Shown: in pieces, positions 31,538-43,194 of the stretch
Numbering within the stretch: position 1 is the first letter of the stretch
Layout: every line of letters starts with the position of its first letter
Origin: Thermodesulfobacteriota bacterium
Lineage (GTDB): Bacteria > Desulfobacterota_D > UBA1144
NCBI GenBank assembly: GCA_029246845.1
Contig: JAQWMJ010000040.1
Span: 1-64,000, forward strand
DNA length: 64,000 bases
Direction: 5' to 3'
Program-made: the position numbers and the translations under genes
The notes under the pieces: model-generated
What the model saw: the letters and a program-made list of their open reading frames with translations, nothing else
What the model was told of the DNA's origin: nothing
The model's database searches: none

Positions 31538-32751
31538 TTCTTTTTTAACAAATAGTCAATTTCATAGCCAGTAGCCAATGAACCTATACGGGAGATGACT
31601 TCTAAAGATGGGTGTATATAAAGATTACAATCATCATTCTTACAATTCTTACCATCTGCACCAGGACATAAACATTTAAAATACATTCCTTTAGTATTTA
31701 GATTATGCATCGAACCTTTAGAATCATTAACCCTATAAAAGCCCCCTGCTAAAGAAGAGTTTATAAGATAATAAACAGGTTCTTTATTCTTATAAATCGT
31801 CTCAACTCCTTCTTGAAGAATTATGTTTTTTAAAAAACTACCGCCTTTAGAAACTTTCATCTTCTTTCTACCATCTCTATTTAAAGATAATAATTCCTCT
31901 CCTTTTTGAACTTGCATTACGGCCATACCATAAGTACCGGTATTATTTTTTATAAAAATCAATGGATTTTTTACTTCATAGCGGCCTACTAATTCTCTTA
32001 TCATTTCATTTGTTAAGTCTGCAAGTCTCTCTCGATCTTCAAGGATATCAAAATTTATATCTTCAACTAACCTAGTAGCCAATGAAAAATTAAAAGAATC
32101 TAGATTTAGCATTTCAGAAAATTCAGTTACTAACTTATTGTAAAATTCAAAATGAATATTTTTCTTACGTGAATGCCACCCTACTTCAGTTGGTGGAACA
32201 ACGAGCTGGTCCAAGTTTTCTAATATTGCGGGTGAAGAATCTGATAAATCATTATTAAGCAGAACTAGGTCTGGTTCAAAGTCATCCAAAAAGATTTTAT
32301 CTCCTACTCTTTTAATCTTACTAGCTAAAACTTTTTCATTATCAGAAGCAGTAAATTCATACTCTCCAAAATCTCCATCGTATAAACCAACCCTAACTTT
32401 TAAGTTCGCCTTTTCCAGAATCTTTACTAGTGAAAGTATATTGTCCCAATAAAAATTATTTCTTGTATGAAATTCAGGAACTATTAGAACCTTCTTAATT
32501 TTACTGGAATGGCTCTCAGACTTAAAATCTCTTGTTAATTTTGCCGCTTGATCAATAAAAGTAGTAGAAAGGTTATTAAAGCCCCCCGGAAAAATATTAG
32601 TATCTACAGCGGTTATCTTATTCTCAGAAACTCTTAAATCGACAGAAGTATAAAAGGGTATTTTAACTTCTCCTTGCTTCTTTCTAAACCAATCCGCAAT
32701 CTTATCTTGATTTAGCAGAACAACTTCATCTATTTTTTCCAAAAAGGTCAT
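31498..32751 (-). CDS. gshA: Glutamate--cysteine ligase (betaproteobacterial/rickettsial GshA type)
   Basis: PFYTSVDLR..VDTNIFPGGFNNL, PEFHTRN, GTYGMAV, ILQEGV. Confidence 0.88.
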   Translation of the reverse strand: MTFLEKIDEVVLLNQDKIADWFRKKQGEVKIPFYTSVDLRVSENKITAVDTNIFPGGFNNLSTTFIDQAAKLTRDFKSESHSSKIKKVLIVPEFHTRNNFYWDNILSLVKILEKANLKVRVGLYDGDFGEYEFTASDNEKVLASKIKRVGDKIFLDDFEPDLVLLNNDLSDSSPAILENLDQLVVPPTEVGWHSRKKNIHFEFYNKLVTEFSEMLNLDSFNFSLATRLVEDINFDILEDRERLADLTNEMIRELVGRYEVKNPLIFIKNNTGTYGMAVMQVQKGEELLSLNRDGRKKMKVSKGGSFLKNIILQEGVETIYKNKEPVYYLINSSLAGGFYRVNDSKGSMHNLNTKGMYFKCLCPGADGKNCKNDDCNLYIHPSLEVISRIGSLATGYEIDYLLKKNHSSDDSSLSALL

Positions 32752-32804
32752 ATTTTCTTAATCAGCTTAGGCAAAATCTCTTTTACAGCTTGAATCAAAC
32801 AGTA

Positions 32805-33668
32805 CTAATTCTTAATAAAGCTGTCAATTGCTTCTTTTATTTTCATGTAATCAGCACCAGGGACAATATGTCCTTCTACAATGAAAGTTGGAGTGGATCT
32901 AATGCCAATACCAACTCCTTCATCAACGCTTGATTTCACAAACTTCTTATACTTTTCAGACTTATCAAGACATGAACTATAATTAAATTTAACTTCTGAC
33001 ACAAATACACTACCAACAACTTCATTGAATGATAGTTCGTTAAATTGGTCTTGATTATCAAATATTAAATCATGCGATTTCCAGAAAGCTTCTTGACCAA
33101 AAGTATCGTAAACACAAGAAGTAAAAAATGCTGCGTCATCAGCCCATTTGTGTTGTTTTAAAGGGTAGTGTTTATAATAAAAAGTTATCTTTTCTCCATA
33201 CTCTGATTGCAACCTTTTAACTTGATTTGATCCATACTTACAAGCAGGGCACTGAAAATCGGAATATTCAACAATTCTAATAGCACCTACTGTATTATTT
33301 GTTCTTGGAACATCTGTAAGATTTATTAAATTCATTAAATCAGGATTTCTAATTGGACCAGAAAAATCATAGATTTGTGGTTGAAAGATTATGTATTTAC
33401 CATTATTCGAAATAAAAAAAGTTAGCTGTTGAGTTTCATCTATTTTTTTGAACAGTATTACGCCTTCTTTTAGACCCTCAATTGGAGAGTCTTTAATAGC
33501 ACTAATTGTCACTAGTGAATCTTCGGGAATGATAGATGAAAATTTTGATTTAAAATCTTTAAGAATCTTATTTTTATCCAAAACAATTTCTTTTTCTTTA
33601 GTATTATCAAAAGAATCACATCCCAAAAGAAAAAGGATTAAAAAAAAAGTTAGCCTAAATAAATTCAT
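32805..33668 (-). CDS. DsbA/thioredoxin-fold lipoprotein
   Basis: LLGC lipobox, EYSDFQCPAC, STPTF. Confidence 0.88.
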   Translation of the reverse strand: MNLFRLTFFLILFLLGCDSFDNTKEKEIVLDKNKILKDFKSKFSSIIPEDSLVTISAIKDSPIEGLKEGVILFKKIDETQQLTFFISNNGKYIIFQPQIYDFSGPIRNPDLMNLINLTDVPRTNNTVGAIRIVEYSDFQCPACKYGSNQVKRLQSEYGEKITFYYKHYPLKQHKWADDAAFFTSCVYDTFGQEAFWKSHDLIFDNQDQFNELSFNEVVGSVFVSEVKFNYSSCLDKSEKYKKFVKSSVDEGVGIGIRSTPTFIVEGHIVPGADYMKIKEAIDSFIKN

Positions 33669-34960
33669 TGTTTAATTACTCTTGCTAGAATTATCTGAGC
33701 ATTCTTATATAAATTCTTAAATGCAAAGCAATTTTCAAGCTCTTTTTTGTTCAGAATCTTCATGATTTTAGGGTCTGCTAAAAGTAAATCTTTAAAATTT
33801 TTATCATTATTCCAAGACTGAAAAGCTAAATCTTGAACCATTTTATAAGACTCTTCTCGGGACAAACCTTTCTCTATTAGCTTTACTAGTATATTTTGGG
33901 AAAATATAACACCATTTGTCTTCCATATATTTGAAAGCATATTCTCTTTATAGACATTAAGATTAGCCAGCATATAGTTCCCTCTAGCTAGCATGAAATG
34001 AACTAATGTTGAAGAATCTGGACCAATGACTCTCTCAACTGAGGAATGACTAATATCTCGCTCGTGCCACAATGGTATATTTTCAAAAGAGGCATTCGCA
34101 TTAGACCTAACTATTCTGGCTAATCCAGACAGATTCTCAGATAGTATTGGATTCCTCTTATGTGGCATAGCAGAAGACCCCTTTTGTCCTTTTGAAAAAG
34201 GTTCTTCAACTTCTAAAACTTCTGTTCTCTGCATGTGACGAATCTGAACCGAGATCCTTTCAATAGAGGAAGCTATAAAAGCTAGAGCTGTAAAAAATTC
34301 GGCATGATAGTCTCTATTGATAATTTGACTACTTATCTTTGCTGGTTTCAACTTTAAGATTGAACACGCCTTTGCCTCTACTTTTGGAAGTACATTCGAA
34401 TAAGTACCCACGGCGCCAGACATTTTTCCAACACTACATACTTTTATAGATCTTTCTAATCTTTCCTTTGCCCTCTTAATTTCGTCTAACCAATTCGCAA
34501 CAACTAAACCAAAAGTAGTTACCTCGGCATGTATCCCATGGGATCTCCCCATTATAGGTGTCTTAATATGCTTTTTAGCAAGCCTTGTAAGGACTTTTAT
34601 AGTTTCATTTAATTCTTTTTTTACTAGATTTCCTGAATCAACAATTAGAAGAGATAGAGATGTATCTAAGACATCAGAAGAGGTCAACCCTAAATGAACG
34701 AACCTTGAATCCTTTCCGATAGATTTTGCAAGATTTGTTGTAAAAGCTATGACATCATGCTTAATAACTTTTTCAAGTTTATCAATTTCTTTAGTTTTAA
34801 ATTTTGCCCTTTTCTTTATTCTTAAAAAAGATGCTTTAGGTATATGTCCGTAAAAAGCCCATGCTTCACAAACTGCAAGTTCAACCTCTAGCCATTTCTG
34901 ATATTTATTATCATCCGACCAAAGATTTTGCATTTCTTTAGTACTATATCTATCTATCAT
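33665..34960 (-). CDS. purB: Adenylosuccinate lyase
   Basis: MIDRY start, GSSAMPHKRNP, HERDISHSS. Confidence 0.97.
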   Translation of the reverse strand: MIDRYSTKEMQNLWSDDNKYQKWLEVELAVCEAWAFYGHIPKASFLRIKKRAKFKTKEIDKLEKVIKHDVIAFTTNLAKSIGKDSRFVHLGLTSSDVLDTSLSLLIVDSGNLVKKELNETIKVLTRLAKKHIKTPIMGRSHGIHAEVTTFGLVVANWLDEIKRAKERLERSIKVCSVGKMSGAVGTYSNVLPKVEAKACSILKLKPAKISSQIINRDYHAEFFTALAFIASSIERISVQIRHMQRTEVLEVEEPFSKGQKGSSAMPHKRNPILSENLSGLARIVRSNANASFENIPLWHERDISHSSVERVIGPDSSTLVHFMLARGNYMLANLNVYKENMLSNIWKTNGVIFSQNILVKLIEKGLSREESYKMVQDLAFQSWNNDKNFKDLLLADPKIMKILNKKELENCFAFKNLYKNAQIILARVIKQ

Positions 34961-35039
34961 TTGATTCAATATATTATACACAGATTTAAAATGTGTTACA
35001 TAAACTTGTTAATTACCTTTGATTCATTATAATTTTTAA

Positions 35040-36038
35040 ATGAGTCCCTTAAGGATAATTTTTTCAATACTAAGTTCTATCGCAGGGTTCTGGATTACTT
35101 TAGGTAATTTAAAGTCAGCAGGAAACTTGATTCTTCCATATTCTGTTGGTATCGGAATCTTTTGTGGTTTGCTAACCTTTTTCTTTGTATATTATTCCGA
35201 AAAACTTTTCACTGATTTAAGTGCCAAGGCCTTAATTGGTGGAACCATCGGTACTGCAGCCGCATTGCTATTCTTTTTAACTTTTGCTTATTTCTCCGAG
35301 ATAATTGGTCTAAGTAGTAGATACCCTTTTTATACTTATCCTATTGTCTTTTTATCCGTTCTCTGTCTGGGAATTGCAGTAGGTCTAAAAAAGGGTGGTG
35401 GGAATGAACAAGAAAATAAAAAACTAAATGAATTCTTTCACAGTAAAGTGCTTGATACTAGTGCAATTATCGATGGAAGAATTTCTGATATTTCAAAAGC
35501 TGGTTTTGTTGAAGGCACAATAATTGTTCCACAATTTGTTATTCGAGAGTTACAGTGGATTGCCGATTCCAATGATAGTCTCAAGAAATTAAGAGGAAGA
35601 AGGGGCCTCGAGATACTGAAGTCTATGCAAGACCAAAAAGATATTAAAGTTAAAATTTTTGATAGAGACTTTACAAATATAAAAGAGGTAGATCTGAAGC
35701 TTGTTAGACTTGCAAAAGAATTAACCGCTCACTTGGTGACTAATGATTTCAACCTTACTAAGGTTGCCAACCTACAGGGTGTCAGAGTCTTAAACGTTAA
35801 TCAGCTAGCAAACTCGCTAAGGCCGGTGATACTCCCTGGTGAGAAGATGAAAATTAAAGTATCTAAATCGGGAAAGGATGATAAGCAGGGTGTTGGATAT
35901 CTAGATGACGGTACTATGGTAGTAATAGATAACGGGAAAAAACATATTAGTGAATTTATTGATATCATTATTACTAGCGTAATTCAAACTCCTACTGGAA
36001 GAATGATTTTCTCTAAAGTCGGTGATTTGCATGATTAA
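35040..36038 (+). CDS. PIN/TRAM domain membrane protein (YacL-like)
   Basis: N-terminal TMs, LDTSAIIDGRI, TNDFNL, QGVGYLDDGTMVV; TTGTTA-16-TATAAT 6 nt before the ATG. Confidence 0.93.
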   Translation: MSPLRIIFSILSSIAGFWITLGNLKSAGNLILPYSVGIGIFCGLLTFFFVYYSEKLFTDLSAKALIGGTIGTAAALLFFLTFAYFSEIIGLSSRYPFYTYPIVFLSVLCLGIAVGLKKGGGNEQENKKLNEFFHSKVLDTSAIIDGRISDISKAGFVEGTIIVPQFVIRELQWIADSNDSLKKLRGRRGLEILKSMQDQKDIKVKIFDRDFTNIKEVDLKLVRLAKELTAHLVTNDFNLTKVANLQGVRVLNVNQLANSLRPVILPGEKMKIKVSKSGKDDKQGVGYLDDGTMVVIDNGKKHISEFIDIIITSVIQTPTGRMIFSKVGDLHD

Positions 36039-36062
36039 AATAGTTACTTATTATTAATTCTT

Positions 36063-36749
36063 ATGCTACAACCAAAGTTATCTTTTATAGTTACAGCTGC
36101 AGGAAAAGGAATAAGGTATGGAAATAGTACTGCTAAGCAATTTAAGAAAATAAATGGCATACCTATATATATCTACTCTCTACTATCAATTGTTAAACTT
36201 AAAAATGTTGACGAAGTGCTTCTGACTATCAATAAATCAATCGGAATAGCATCTTTAAAGAACGAGCTAAAAAAATATAGGCTAGATAAAGTAAAGGTTG
36301 TAATTGGGTCAGACACAAGAGCAGAAAGTGTTTATACCGCCTTTAATAAAATAGAAGGGAAGCCAGGTTTTGTTGTAATACATGATTCAGTAAGACCTAA
36401 TTTTAATTTCGCTCTAATAAACAAAATCATTCAACAAATTAAAAATAATTCAGGGATAATTGTTGGCAGTAAAATCCAAGATACTATTAAAACAATTAGT
36501 GGAAATTCTCTAAGAGGAACTGTAAATAGAGATAAGTTGTGGGTAGCAGAAACCCCACAAATTTTTAAGTACAGTGCACTAAAAAAATGCTACTTAAATA
36601 GTATTGACTTCACTTCTTATACTGACGAGTGTCAATTGATGGAAAGAAATAATTTTAAAGTTAAAATATTTGAGAATCTTGAATATAATAATAAAATAAC
36701 TACAAAAAAGGATTTTGATGTTTACAAAAAGTTGTTGAGATATGTATAG
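36063..36749 (+). CDS. ispD: 2-C-methyl-D-erythritol 4-phosphate cytidylyltransferase
   Basis: AAGKGIRY..KQF, IHDSVRP, ETPQIF, TDE, KITT. Confidence 0.93.
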   Translation: MLQPKLSFIVTAAGKGIRYGNSTAKQFKKINGIPIYIYSLLSIVKLKNVDEVLLTINKSIGIASLKNELKKYRLDKVKVVIGSDTRAESVYTAFNKIEGKPGFVVIHDSVRPNFNFALINKIIQQIKNNSGIIVGSKIQDTIKTISGNSLRGTVNRDKLWVAETPQIFKYSALKKCYLNSIDFTSYTDECQLMERNNFKVKIFENLEYNNKITTKKDFDVYKKLLRYV

Positions 36750-37221
36750 AATAGGACTTGGTTTTGATATTCATAAAACTTCAGAAAAAAGAGAGCTTTT
36801 TATCGGTGGAATAAAAATACCTTCAAAATTTGGTCTTCTAGGACATTCTGATGCTGATGTATTAATACATTCTATATGTGACGCAATTTTAGGTGCCCTT
36901 GCATTGGGAGACATCGGAGAACACTTCAGTGATAAAGATCCAAAGAATAAGAATAAAAAAAGTAGCTTCTTTCTTAAAAAAATTATCAAAATGTTAAGAG
37001 ATAGAGACTTTAAAATAGTAAATATTGATTCAACAATTATATGTGAAAAGCCTCAAATGCTAAAATATAAAAGAAAAATTAAGCAGTCACTTGCTTCTAT
37101 AATGAAAATGGATGTTGATGATATCTCTGTAAAAGCAACAACCTTTGAAAAGCTTGGCCCTATAGGAAACAATGAGGGTATCGCTTGTAAAACTATAGCA
37201 TTACTCGAGAAAAAAAAATAA
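36742..37221 (+). CDS. ispF: MECDP synthase
   Basis: RIGLGFDIH, GHSDADV, GDIGEHF, KATTFE. Confidence 0.97.
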   Translation: MYRIGLGFDIHKTSEKRELFIGGIKIPSKFGLLGHSDADVLIHSICDAILGALALGDIGEHFSDKDPKNKNKKSSFFLKKIIKMLRDRDFKIVNIDSTIICEKPQMLKYKRKIKQSLASIMKMDVDDISVKATTFEKLGPIGNNEGIACKTIALLEKKK

Positions 37222-37228
37222 AGAAAAA

Positions 37229-38113
37229 ATGATTTTTGAAAATAAAAAGAACACATTCTTAGGAATCAAAGATTCAAGGACCCCTAACACAGATGTAATA
37301 ATCGTCCCATACCCTTTGGAGAACTCCGTATGCTATGGGAAAGGGACAAGGATGGGTCCTGGTGAGATTATTAAAGCATCGCACCAACTAGAGCTTTATG
37401 ATGAAGATTTAAAATATGAGCCCTGCACGAGAATCAATATAAAGACAATTAAAACCAATTTGCCACCAAAAAATAATATTGAAGCAGTAGATGAAATAGA
37501 AAAGATAATTACAGATATTTTAAATATTAAAAAATTTCCTTTCATCTTTGGAGGTGAGCACACAATAACTGTCGGAGCTATAAATGCTTTTGCTAAATTT
37601 AAACAACCGCTAACTGTAGTTCAATTTGATGCTCATGCAGATTTAAGGAATGAATATCAGTCTAATATTTTATCTCATGCTTGCACAATGAGAAGATGCA
37701 TGGATTTGAAAAATATTAATATAATATCTATCGGTACAAGGAGCATTTCCAGAAGTGAAGCAATATTTTTAGAAAACAATAAAGATAGAATTGATATTTT
37801 TTCTGCTAAAGATAAGGACAACTGGGACACTAATAAATTTGCAGAGTTAATTAAAAATAAAAATGTTTATATTACTTTTGATGTTGATGCATTTGACTCT
37901 AGTATAATGCCTGCTACAGGGACACCTGAACCAGGAGGCTTACTTTGGGATGAAGTTCTTAAGTTAATAAAAATTATTTCTACAAATTCTAATGTTGTAG
38001 GTGCAGACATTAACGAACTTGCTCCAATAAAAAATTTAGATTCATGTAATTTTCTAATTGCTAAACTAGCTTATAAAATTATATCATTAGTCTTCCATTC
38101 AAAAAAATGCTAG
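37229..38113 (+). CDS. speB: Agmatinase (ureohydrolase)
   Basis: GGEH, DAHAD, DVD.FD, TGTPEPGG. Confidence 0.9.
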   Translation: MIFENKKNTFLGIKDSRTPNTDVIIVPYPLENSVCYGKGTRMGPGEIIKASHQLELYDEDLKYEPCTRINIKTIKTNLPPKNNIEAVDEIEKIITDILNIKKFPFIFGGEHTITVGAINAFAKFKQPLTVVQFDAHADLRNEYQSNILSHACTMRRCMDLKNINIISIGTRSISRSEAIFLENNKDRIDIFSAKDKDNWDTNKFAELIKNKNVYITFDVDAFDSSIMPATGTPEPGGLLWDEVLKLIKIISTNSNVVGADINELAPIKNLDSCNFLIAKLAYKIISLVFHSKKC

Positions 38114-38179
38114 CGAATACCAATAATTTCTTCATAGTGTATATTTAATGTATTAAAAACAATAAAGTGAGGTATTACC

Positions 38180-38782
38180 ATGGCTTATGAATTACCAGAA
38201 TTAAAATACTCTTTTGATGCATTGGAACCCTATATTGATACACAAACTATGGAGATCCACTATTCCAAACATCATCAAACCTATATAACAAATTTGAATA
38301 AAGCGCTGGATTCATATCCTGAGCTTTTTGAAAAAAACATAGAAGATCTTCTAGTTAATTTGGATCAAATCCCAGAATCAATTAGAGTCGCTGTACGTAA
38401 CGGTGGTGGAGGTCATTATAATCATTCATTATTCTGGGAAACAATAGGACCAAAAACCGAGAACAAAATCAGCGAGAAAATGAACTTTTTAATCTCTGAA
38501 TCTTTTGATAGCTTTAATAACTTCAAAGCAGAGTTCACAGAAAAGGCTACTAAGCAGTTTGGTAGCGGATGGGGATGGCTAGCCCAAGACAACGGAGGAA
38601 AACTAGTAACACTTTCTACTCCTAACCAAGACACACCCCTTTCATCTGGTCTAAATCCAATCTTAGGAATTGATGTCTGGGAACATGCTTATTACTTAAA
38701 CTATCAGAACAGAAGGCCAGATTATATAAATGCTTTCTGGGAAATAATTAACTGGGAAGTGGTTGAAAGTAAGCTGAAATAA
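38180..38782 (+). CDS. sodA: Superoxide dismutase, probably Mn-type
   Basis: [25 protein letters not shown]. Confidence 0.93.
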   Translation: MAYELPELKYSFDALEPYIDTQTMEIHYSKHHQTYITNLNKALDSYPELFEKNIEDLLVNLDQIPESIRVAVRNGGGGHYNHSLFWETIGPKTENKISEKMNFLISESFDSFNNFKAEFTEKATKQFGSGWGWLAQDNGGKLVTLSTPNQDTPLSSGLNPILGIDVWEHAYYLNYQNRRPDYINAFWEIINWEVVESKLK

Positions 38783-40458
38783 TGAAAAACAAGAAGTTTT
38801 CCTCATATATAACAAATGGTCTTGATAAAGCACCAAATAGAGCGATGCTTAGAGCTGTAGGTTTTACTAACCCAGATTTTGATAAGCCTATAATAGGAAT
38901 AGCGTCCACTTGGGCAATGGTTACTCCTTGCAATATGCATATTAACGGATTAGCAGATCATGCCGCTAAGGGTACTAATACCAACGGAGGGAAGGCGGTA
39001 ATTTTCAATACTATTACTGTATCAGATGGTATTTCAATGGGTACTCCTGGAATGAAGTACTCTCTGATATCTAGAGAAGTCATAGCAGACTCTATAGAAA
39101 CTGTTTCTGCAGCTGAAGGCTTTGATGGTTTAATTACAATTGGTGGATGTGATAAAAATATGCCAGGCTGTCTTATAGCTATAGCCAGACTCAATAGACC
39201 ATCCATTTTTATTTATGGTGGCTCAATAATGCCTGGAAGACATAAGAATAAACCTATCGATGTGGTTTCTGTCTTTGAAGCTGTGGGTTCATATTCAAAT
39301 AAACAAATTTCTAGAAAAGAATTAGAAGATATTGAGAAATCTGCTATACCTGGACCAGGCTCCTGTGGTGGAATGTATACTGCAAATACTATGGCCTCAG
39401 CAATTGAAGCTTTAGGAATGAGTATGCCAGGTAGTTCAACACAGATTGCTATATCACCAAACAAGAAAAAAGATTGTCTCGACTCGGGAAAAGCACTAAT
39501 GACTTTAATTAAGAAAAATATAAGACCTAAAGATATAATGACTAAAAAAGCTTTTGAGAATGCTATAACAGTCACTATTGCCTTAGGTGGCTCAACAAAT
39601 TCTGTTTTACACCTAATTGCAATGGCAAAAGCAGCACAAATTAAAATAACGATTGACGACTTCACAAGGATCGGGAAAAAAGTACCAGTTCTTGCTGATT
39701 TAAAACCCAGTGGCACACATGTCATGGCTAAATTCTGTCAAATTGGTGGATTACCTCCATTACTCAAAAGATTGTTGGACAATAATCTGATTCATGGAGA
39801 CTGCCTAACAGTCACCGGAAAGACAATGAGAGAAAATTTAAAAAATGTTAAAGATAATTTAGGAACTAAAATTATAAGAGACATATCGAATCCTATTAAA
39901 AAGGATAGTCATCTAGTGATACTTAAGGGGAACATCTCACCTGATGGTTCGGTAGCTAAAATTTCTGGCAAAGAAGGTCTTGTTTTTGAGGGTAATGCAA
40001 TTGTTTTCAATTCAGAAGAAGAGTGTATGGAAGCCATATTAAAGAAAAAGATAAAAAAGGGGCACGTAATTGTTATAAGATATGAAGGTCCGAGAGGGGG
40101 ACCTGGAATGAGAGAGATGCTAGCTCCAACATCAGCCATTATGGGACAAGGACTTGGTTCAGATGTTGCATTCATAACAGATGGGAGATTTTCTGGTGGT
40201 ACTCATGGTTTCGTAGTAGGCCATATAACACCAGAGGCTTTTGACGGTGGCTTAATATCTATAATTAAGAATAATGATTTAATCAGAATCGACTCCTCTA
40301 AGAGAGTCCTTGAAGTTAAAATCCCAAAGAAAGAAATTGCGGCAAGACAAAAGAAATGGAAAAAACCATCGCAAAAACATCTAACAGGTGCCATATATAA
40401 ATATTCCGCTTTAGTCAGCTCTGCTTCTGAAGGTGCAATAACAGATGGTAAAAACTAA
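38782..40458 (+). CDS. ilvD: Dihydroxy-acid dehydratase
   Basis: [27 protein letters not shown]. Confidence 0.97.
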   Translation: MKNKKFSSYITNGLDKAPNRAMLRAVGFTNPDFDKPIIGIASTWAMVTPCNMHINGLADHAAKGTNTNGGKAVIFNTITVSDGISMGTPGMKYSLISREVIADSIETVSAAEGFDGLITIGGCDKNMPGCLIAIARLNRPSIFIYGGSIMPGRHKNKPIDVVSVFEAVGSYSNKQISRKELEDIEKSAIPGPGSCGGMYTANTMASAIEALGMSMPGSSTQIAISPNKKKDCLDSGKALMTLIKKNIRPKDIMTKKAFENAITVTIALGGSTNSVLHLIAMAKAAQIKITIDDFTRIGKKVPVLADLKPSGTHVMAKFCQIGGLPPLLKRLLDNNLIHGDCLTVTGKTMRENLKNVKDNLGTKIIRDISNPIKKDSHLVILKGNISPDGSVAKISGKEGLVFEGNAIVFNSEEECMEAILKKKIKKGHVIVIRYEGPRGGPGMREMLAPTSAIMGQGLGSDVAFITDGRFSGGTHGFVVGHITPEAFDGGLISIIKNNDLIRIDSSKRVLEVKIPKKEIAARQKKWKKPSQKHLTGAIYKYSALVSSASEGAITDGKN

Positions 40459-41671
40459 TAAACTCCTCGACTTAGAAAATAAAAAAATACTGGTTGGTGT
40501 AACAGGAGGAATTTCTGTCTATAAAGCCTGCGAGATGATTAGACTACTAATGAAAGAAGGGGCTAATGTAAGAGTAGTAATGACTAAAAATGCTGAGAAA
40601 TTTGTCAGCAAGATGACTTTTCAGTATTTATCTGGCAACAAAGTGCTATCAAATATGTATGATGACACAGAATCAGAAATCTCTCATATAAGCTTAGCTG
40701 ATACATCAGACTTAATTCTAATATGCCCTGCAACAGCAAACTTTATTTCAAAATATGCTAACGGTATTGCTGATAATCTTTTACTTAATATACTTCTTGC
40801 GACTAAAGCCAGTGTAATAATCTGCCCGGCTATGAACGTTAATATGTATGAAAATCCACTAATCCAAGAGAATATCAAAAAGCTTATTTCTACAGGTGTA
40901 GAATTTGTCGAACCTGACAGTGGTGAGCTTGCTTGCGGCTGGGAAGGTAAAGGAAGATTAGCGGATCTAGATAAGATATTAGAATTTATTAAAAAAAAAG
41001 ACACTAATCAGGATTTGATTGGAGAAAATATTCTTATAACCTGCGGTGCAACAAGAGAATTCCTTGACCCTGTAAGATTTATCTCAAATCCCTCATCTGG
41101 TAAAATGGGACTGTCTCTAGCTAAAGTACTTGAGGCCAGAGGAGCAAAGACAAAAATTATATATGGTCACATAGATGAAGATATTTCAAACCATAAAAAT
41201 ACAGTACAGTGTGAATCTGTAGAAGAAATGGAGAAGGAAGTATTTAAGGACTTTGAAAATTTTACGGTAATAATTAAAGCAGCAGCAGTGGGTGATTATA
41301 AATTCAAAAGCTTAGAAAAAAATAAAATAAAAAAGGATATGAAATCTCTTAATCTCCAAATGGAAAAGACTAATGATATTTTGGCAAGAATAGGAAAAGA
41401 AAAAAAGCATAATCAAATTCTAATTGGCTTCAGTGCTGAAACTGAGAATACGATTAAAAACGCAAAGAAGAAAGTTGTTAATAAGAATCTTGATTTGATA
41501 ATTGCTAATGATATATCAGTTCCTAATTCTGGATTTGGTAAAGACAATAATTTCACTTATATGGTAGGAAAGATGAATGAAGTTGAGGAACTAGGATTGA
41601 TTTCTAAACAGAACTTAGCAATCAAGATAGGTGACTACATTAAAAGTACGAGAATGGAATTATCGCAATGA
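40445..41671 (+). CDS. coaBC: Phosphopantothenoylcysteine decarboxylase/synthetase
   Basis: [33 protein letters not shown]. Confidence 0.97.
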   Translation: MVKTNKLLDLENKKILVGVTGGISVYKACEMIRLLMKEGANVRVVMTKNAEKFVSKMTFQYLSGNKVLSNMYDDTESEISHISLADTSDLILICPATANFISKYANGIADNLLLNILLATKASVIICPAMNVNMYENPLIQENIKKLISTGVEFVEPDSGELACGWEGKGRLADLDKILEFIKKKDTNQDLIGENILITCGATREFLDPVRFISNPSSGKMGLSLAKVLEARGAKTKIIYGHIDEDISNHKNTVQCESVEEMEKEVFKDFENFTVIIKAAAVGDYKFKSLEKNKIKKDMKSLNLQMEKTNDILARIGKEKKHNQILIGFSAETENTIKNAKKKVVNKNLDLIIANDISVPNSGFGKDNNFTYMVGKMNEVEELGLISKQNLAIKIGDYIKSTRMELSQ

Positions 41672-41694
41672 TAATCCCATTCAAAAAATCTTAT

Positions 41695-41973
41695 CTATAA
41701 GATTGAATCTTTACATGCTTTAGCAATTCTGAATTTAACAACCTTTTTGGCTGGTATTTGAATTACTTCGCCAGTCTGAGGATTTCTACCCTGTCTTGCT
41801 TTTCTATCAACCAAAACGAGTTTTCCTAATCCAGGCACAGTAAATGTTCCACTTGCCTTAGCTTCCCCACATGCGAGCTCTGCAAAAGACTCCATAAAAC
41901 GTATTGCATCAGCTTTTGAAATACCTAATTTTTCTGCTAACGCACTAGAAATTTGTGATTTTGTTAATGCCAT
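41695..41973 (-). CDS. hup: HU family DNA-binding protein
   Basis: ARQGRNPQTGE; SD AGGAGG; TTGCAT-17-TATTAT promoter at 42065-42037. Confidence 0.95.
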   Translation of the reverse strand: MALTKSQISSALAEKLGISKADAIRFMESFAELACGEAKASGTFTVPGLGKLVLVDRKARQGRNPQTGEVIQIPAKKVVKFRIAKACKDSIL

Positions 41974-42102
41974 AGTGTTAAGCCTCCTAAGTACTAATTA
42001 TTAATTAATATATTAATCAAAGTACCTTTTTTCCTTATAATAGTTTTTTAATAGTAAAAATGCAAATTTTATCTTCTAAAATCATGTATATTAATTTGCA
42101 TA

Positions 42103-43191
42103 ATGATACCAAAGAAAAGAAGTCTCTTTTTGTTCTTTTTAATATTCTCTTTAGTCTTAATAACAATCTATTACTTAAAATTTGGAAAAAAATCTGATCT
42201 AGATGAAAAAATTCTTATACCAAAAGTGGAAGTAATAGAACGAAATGTAGAGAATTTTACAAAAAAAGTCTATTTCTTAGCAAAACTCCATAGCAATAAA
42301 AGCATTGATATTATGTCTGAAACTGACGGAACTATCGAAAGCAGGGCCTACCAGATAGGTAACTATGTAAAAAAAGGGCAAATAATAATACAGATGACAG
42401 ATACCAGAAAGGTTCTGGAGCTTAAGGAAATAGAAGATATGCTGAAAGCATCTAAAGCGAGGCTAGATGAATCTTCATCAAACTATAGGAATAGCATAAA
42501 GCTTCATGAAAAAAATATTATCTCCGATAAAGAAAAAGAGACACAATTGAACTTGTATAGATCTAATAAATTTGAACATAATGCCCAAAAAATGCGTTAT
42601 AAAAGAGTACTTTGGGAGTTTGACAATCTAAGTATAAGGGCTCCATTTGATGGATATGTGAATAAGTTTTATTTTGATGTTGGCCAAAAGATTTCGAGAG
42701 GTACGGCTATGTTGGAATTTTTAGATAATAATACCCTTATAGGAAAAGCTAATCTTAGTTCTGTAAACGCAGAAACAATTAGAAAATCAAAGAATAAGTT
42801 GTTATTAAAAAACAAAAACTTGTACTTTGAGGCAGAAGTTCTAGGAATTGGAAGACAGATGAGTAATGATGCACCATCATACAAATTAGAGTTTAAAATT
42901 AATAACAAAGAAAGTAATTTTATTCCTGGTGAAGTTGTCGAAGTTGAAGTTGTTACGGCAGAATATAATGACTTTATTTCTTTTCCTTCTAGTGCAATTG
43001 TAATGGAAGAAAACCAATACTTTATTTTCATAACTAAGGATGGTGTAGTAAAAAAAATAAACGTATCTCCTACTCAGCTGGACAACAAGCTTTTTATTGT
43101 TCCACAGGTCCAGATTCCAATTCTTCATAAGATTGTTATAAATGGTCAGGCTAGACTAGAGAGTAATGACAAAGTAAGGATCAATAAGTAA
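42103..43191 (+). CDS. RND efflux periplasmic adaptor (MFP)
   Basis: N-terminal TM, VKKGQ, IRAPFDG lipoyl half-motifs. Confidence 0.9.
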   Translation: MIPKKRSLFLFFLIFSLVLITIYYLKFGKKSDLDEKILIPKVEVIERNVENFTKKVYFLAKLHSNKSIDIMSETDGTIESRAYQIGNYVKKGQIIIQMTDTRKVLELKEIEDMLKASKARLDESSSNYRNSIKLHEKNIISDKEKETQLNLYRSNKFEHNAQKMRYKRVLWEFDNLSIRAPFDGYVNKFYFDVGQKISRGTAMLEFLDNNTLIGKANLSSVNAETIRKSKNKLLLKNKNLYFEAEVLGIGRQMSNDAPSYKLEFKINNKESNFIPGEVVEVEVVTAEYNDFISFPSSAIVMEENQYFIFITKDGVVKKINVSPTQLDNKLFIVPQVQIPILHKIVINGQARLESNDKVRINK

Positions 43192-43194
43192 TAA

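Noticed and set aside
32748..32804. Short minus-strand frame LIQAVKEILPKLIKKI between dsbA and gshA (possible gene remnant)
   Set aside because: Too short to assign and has no SD
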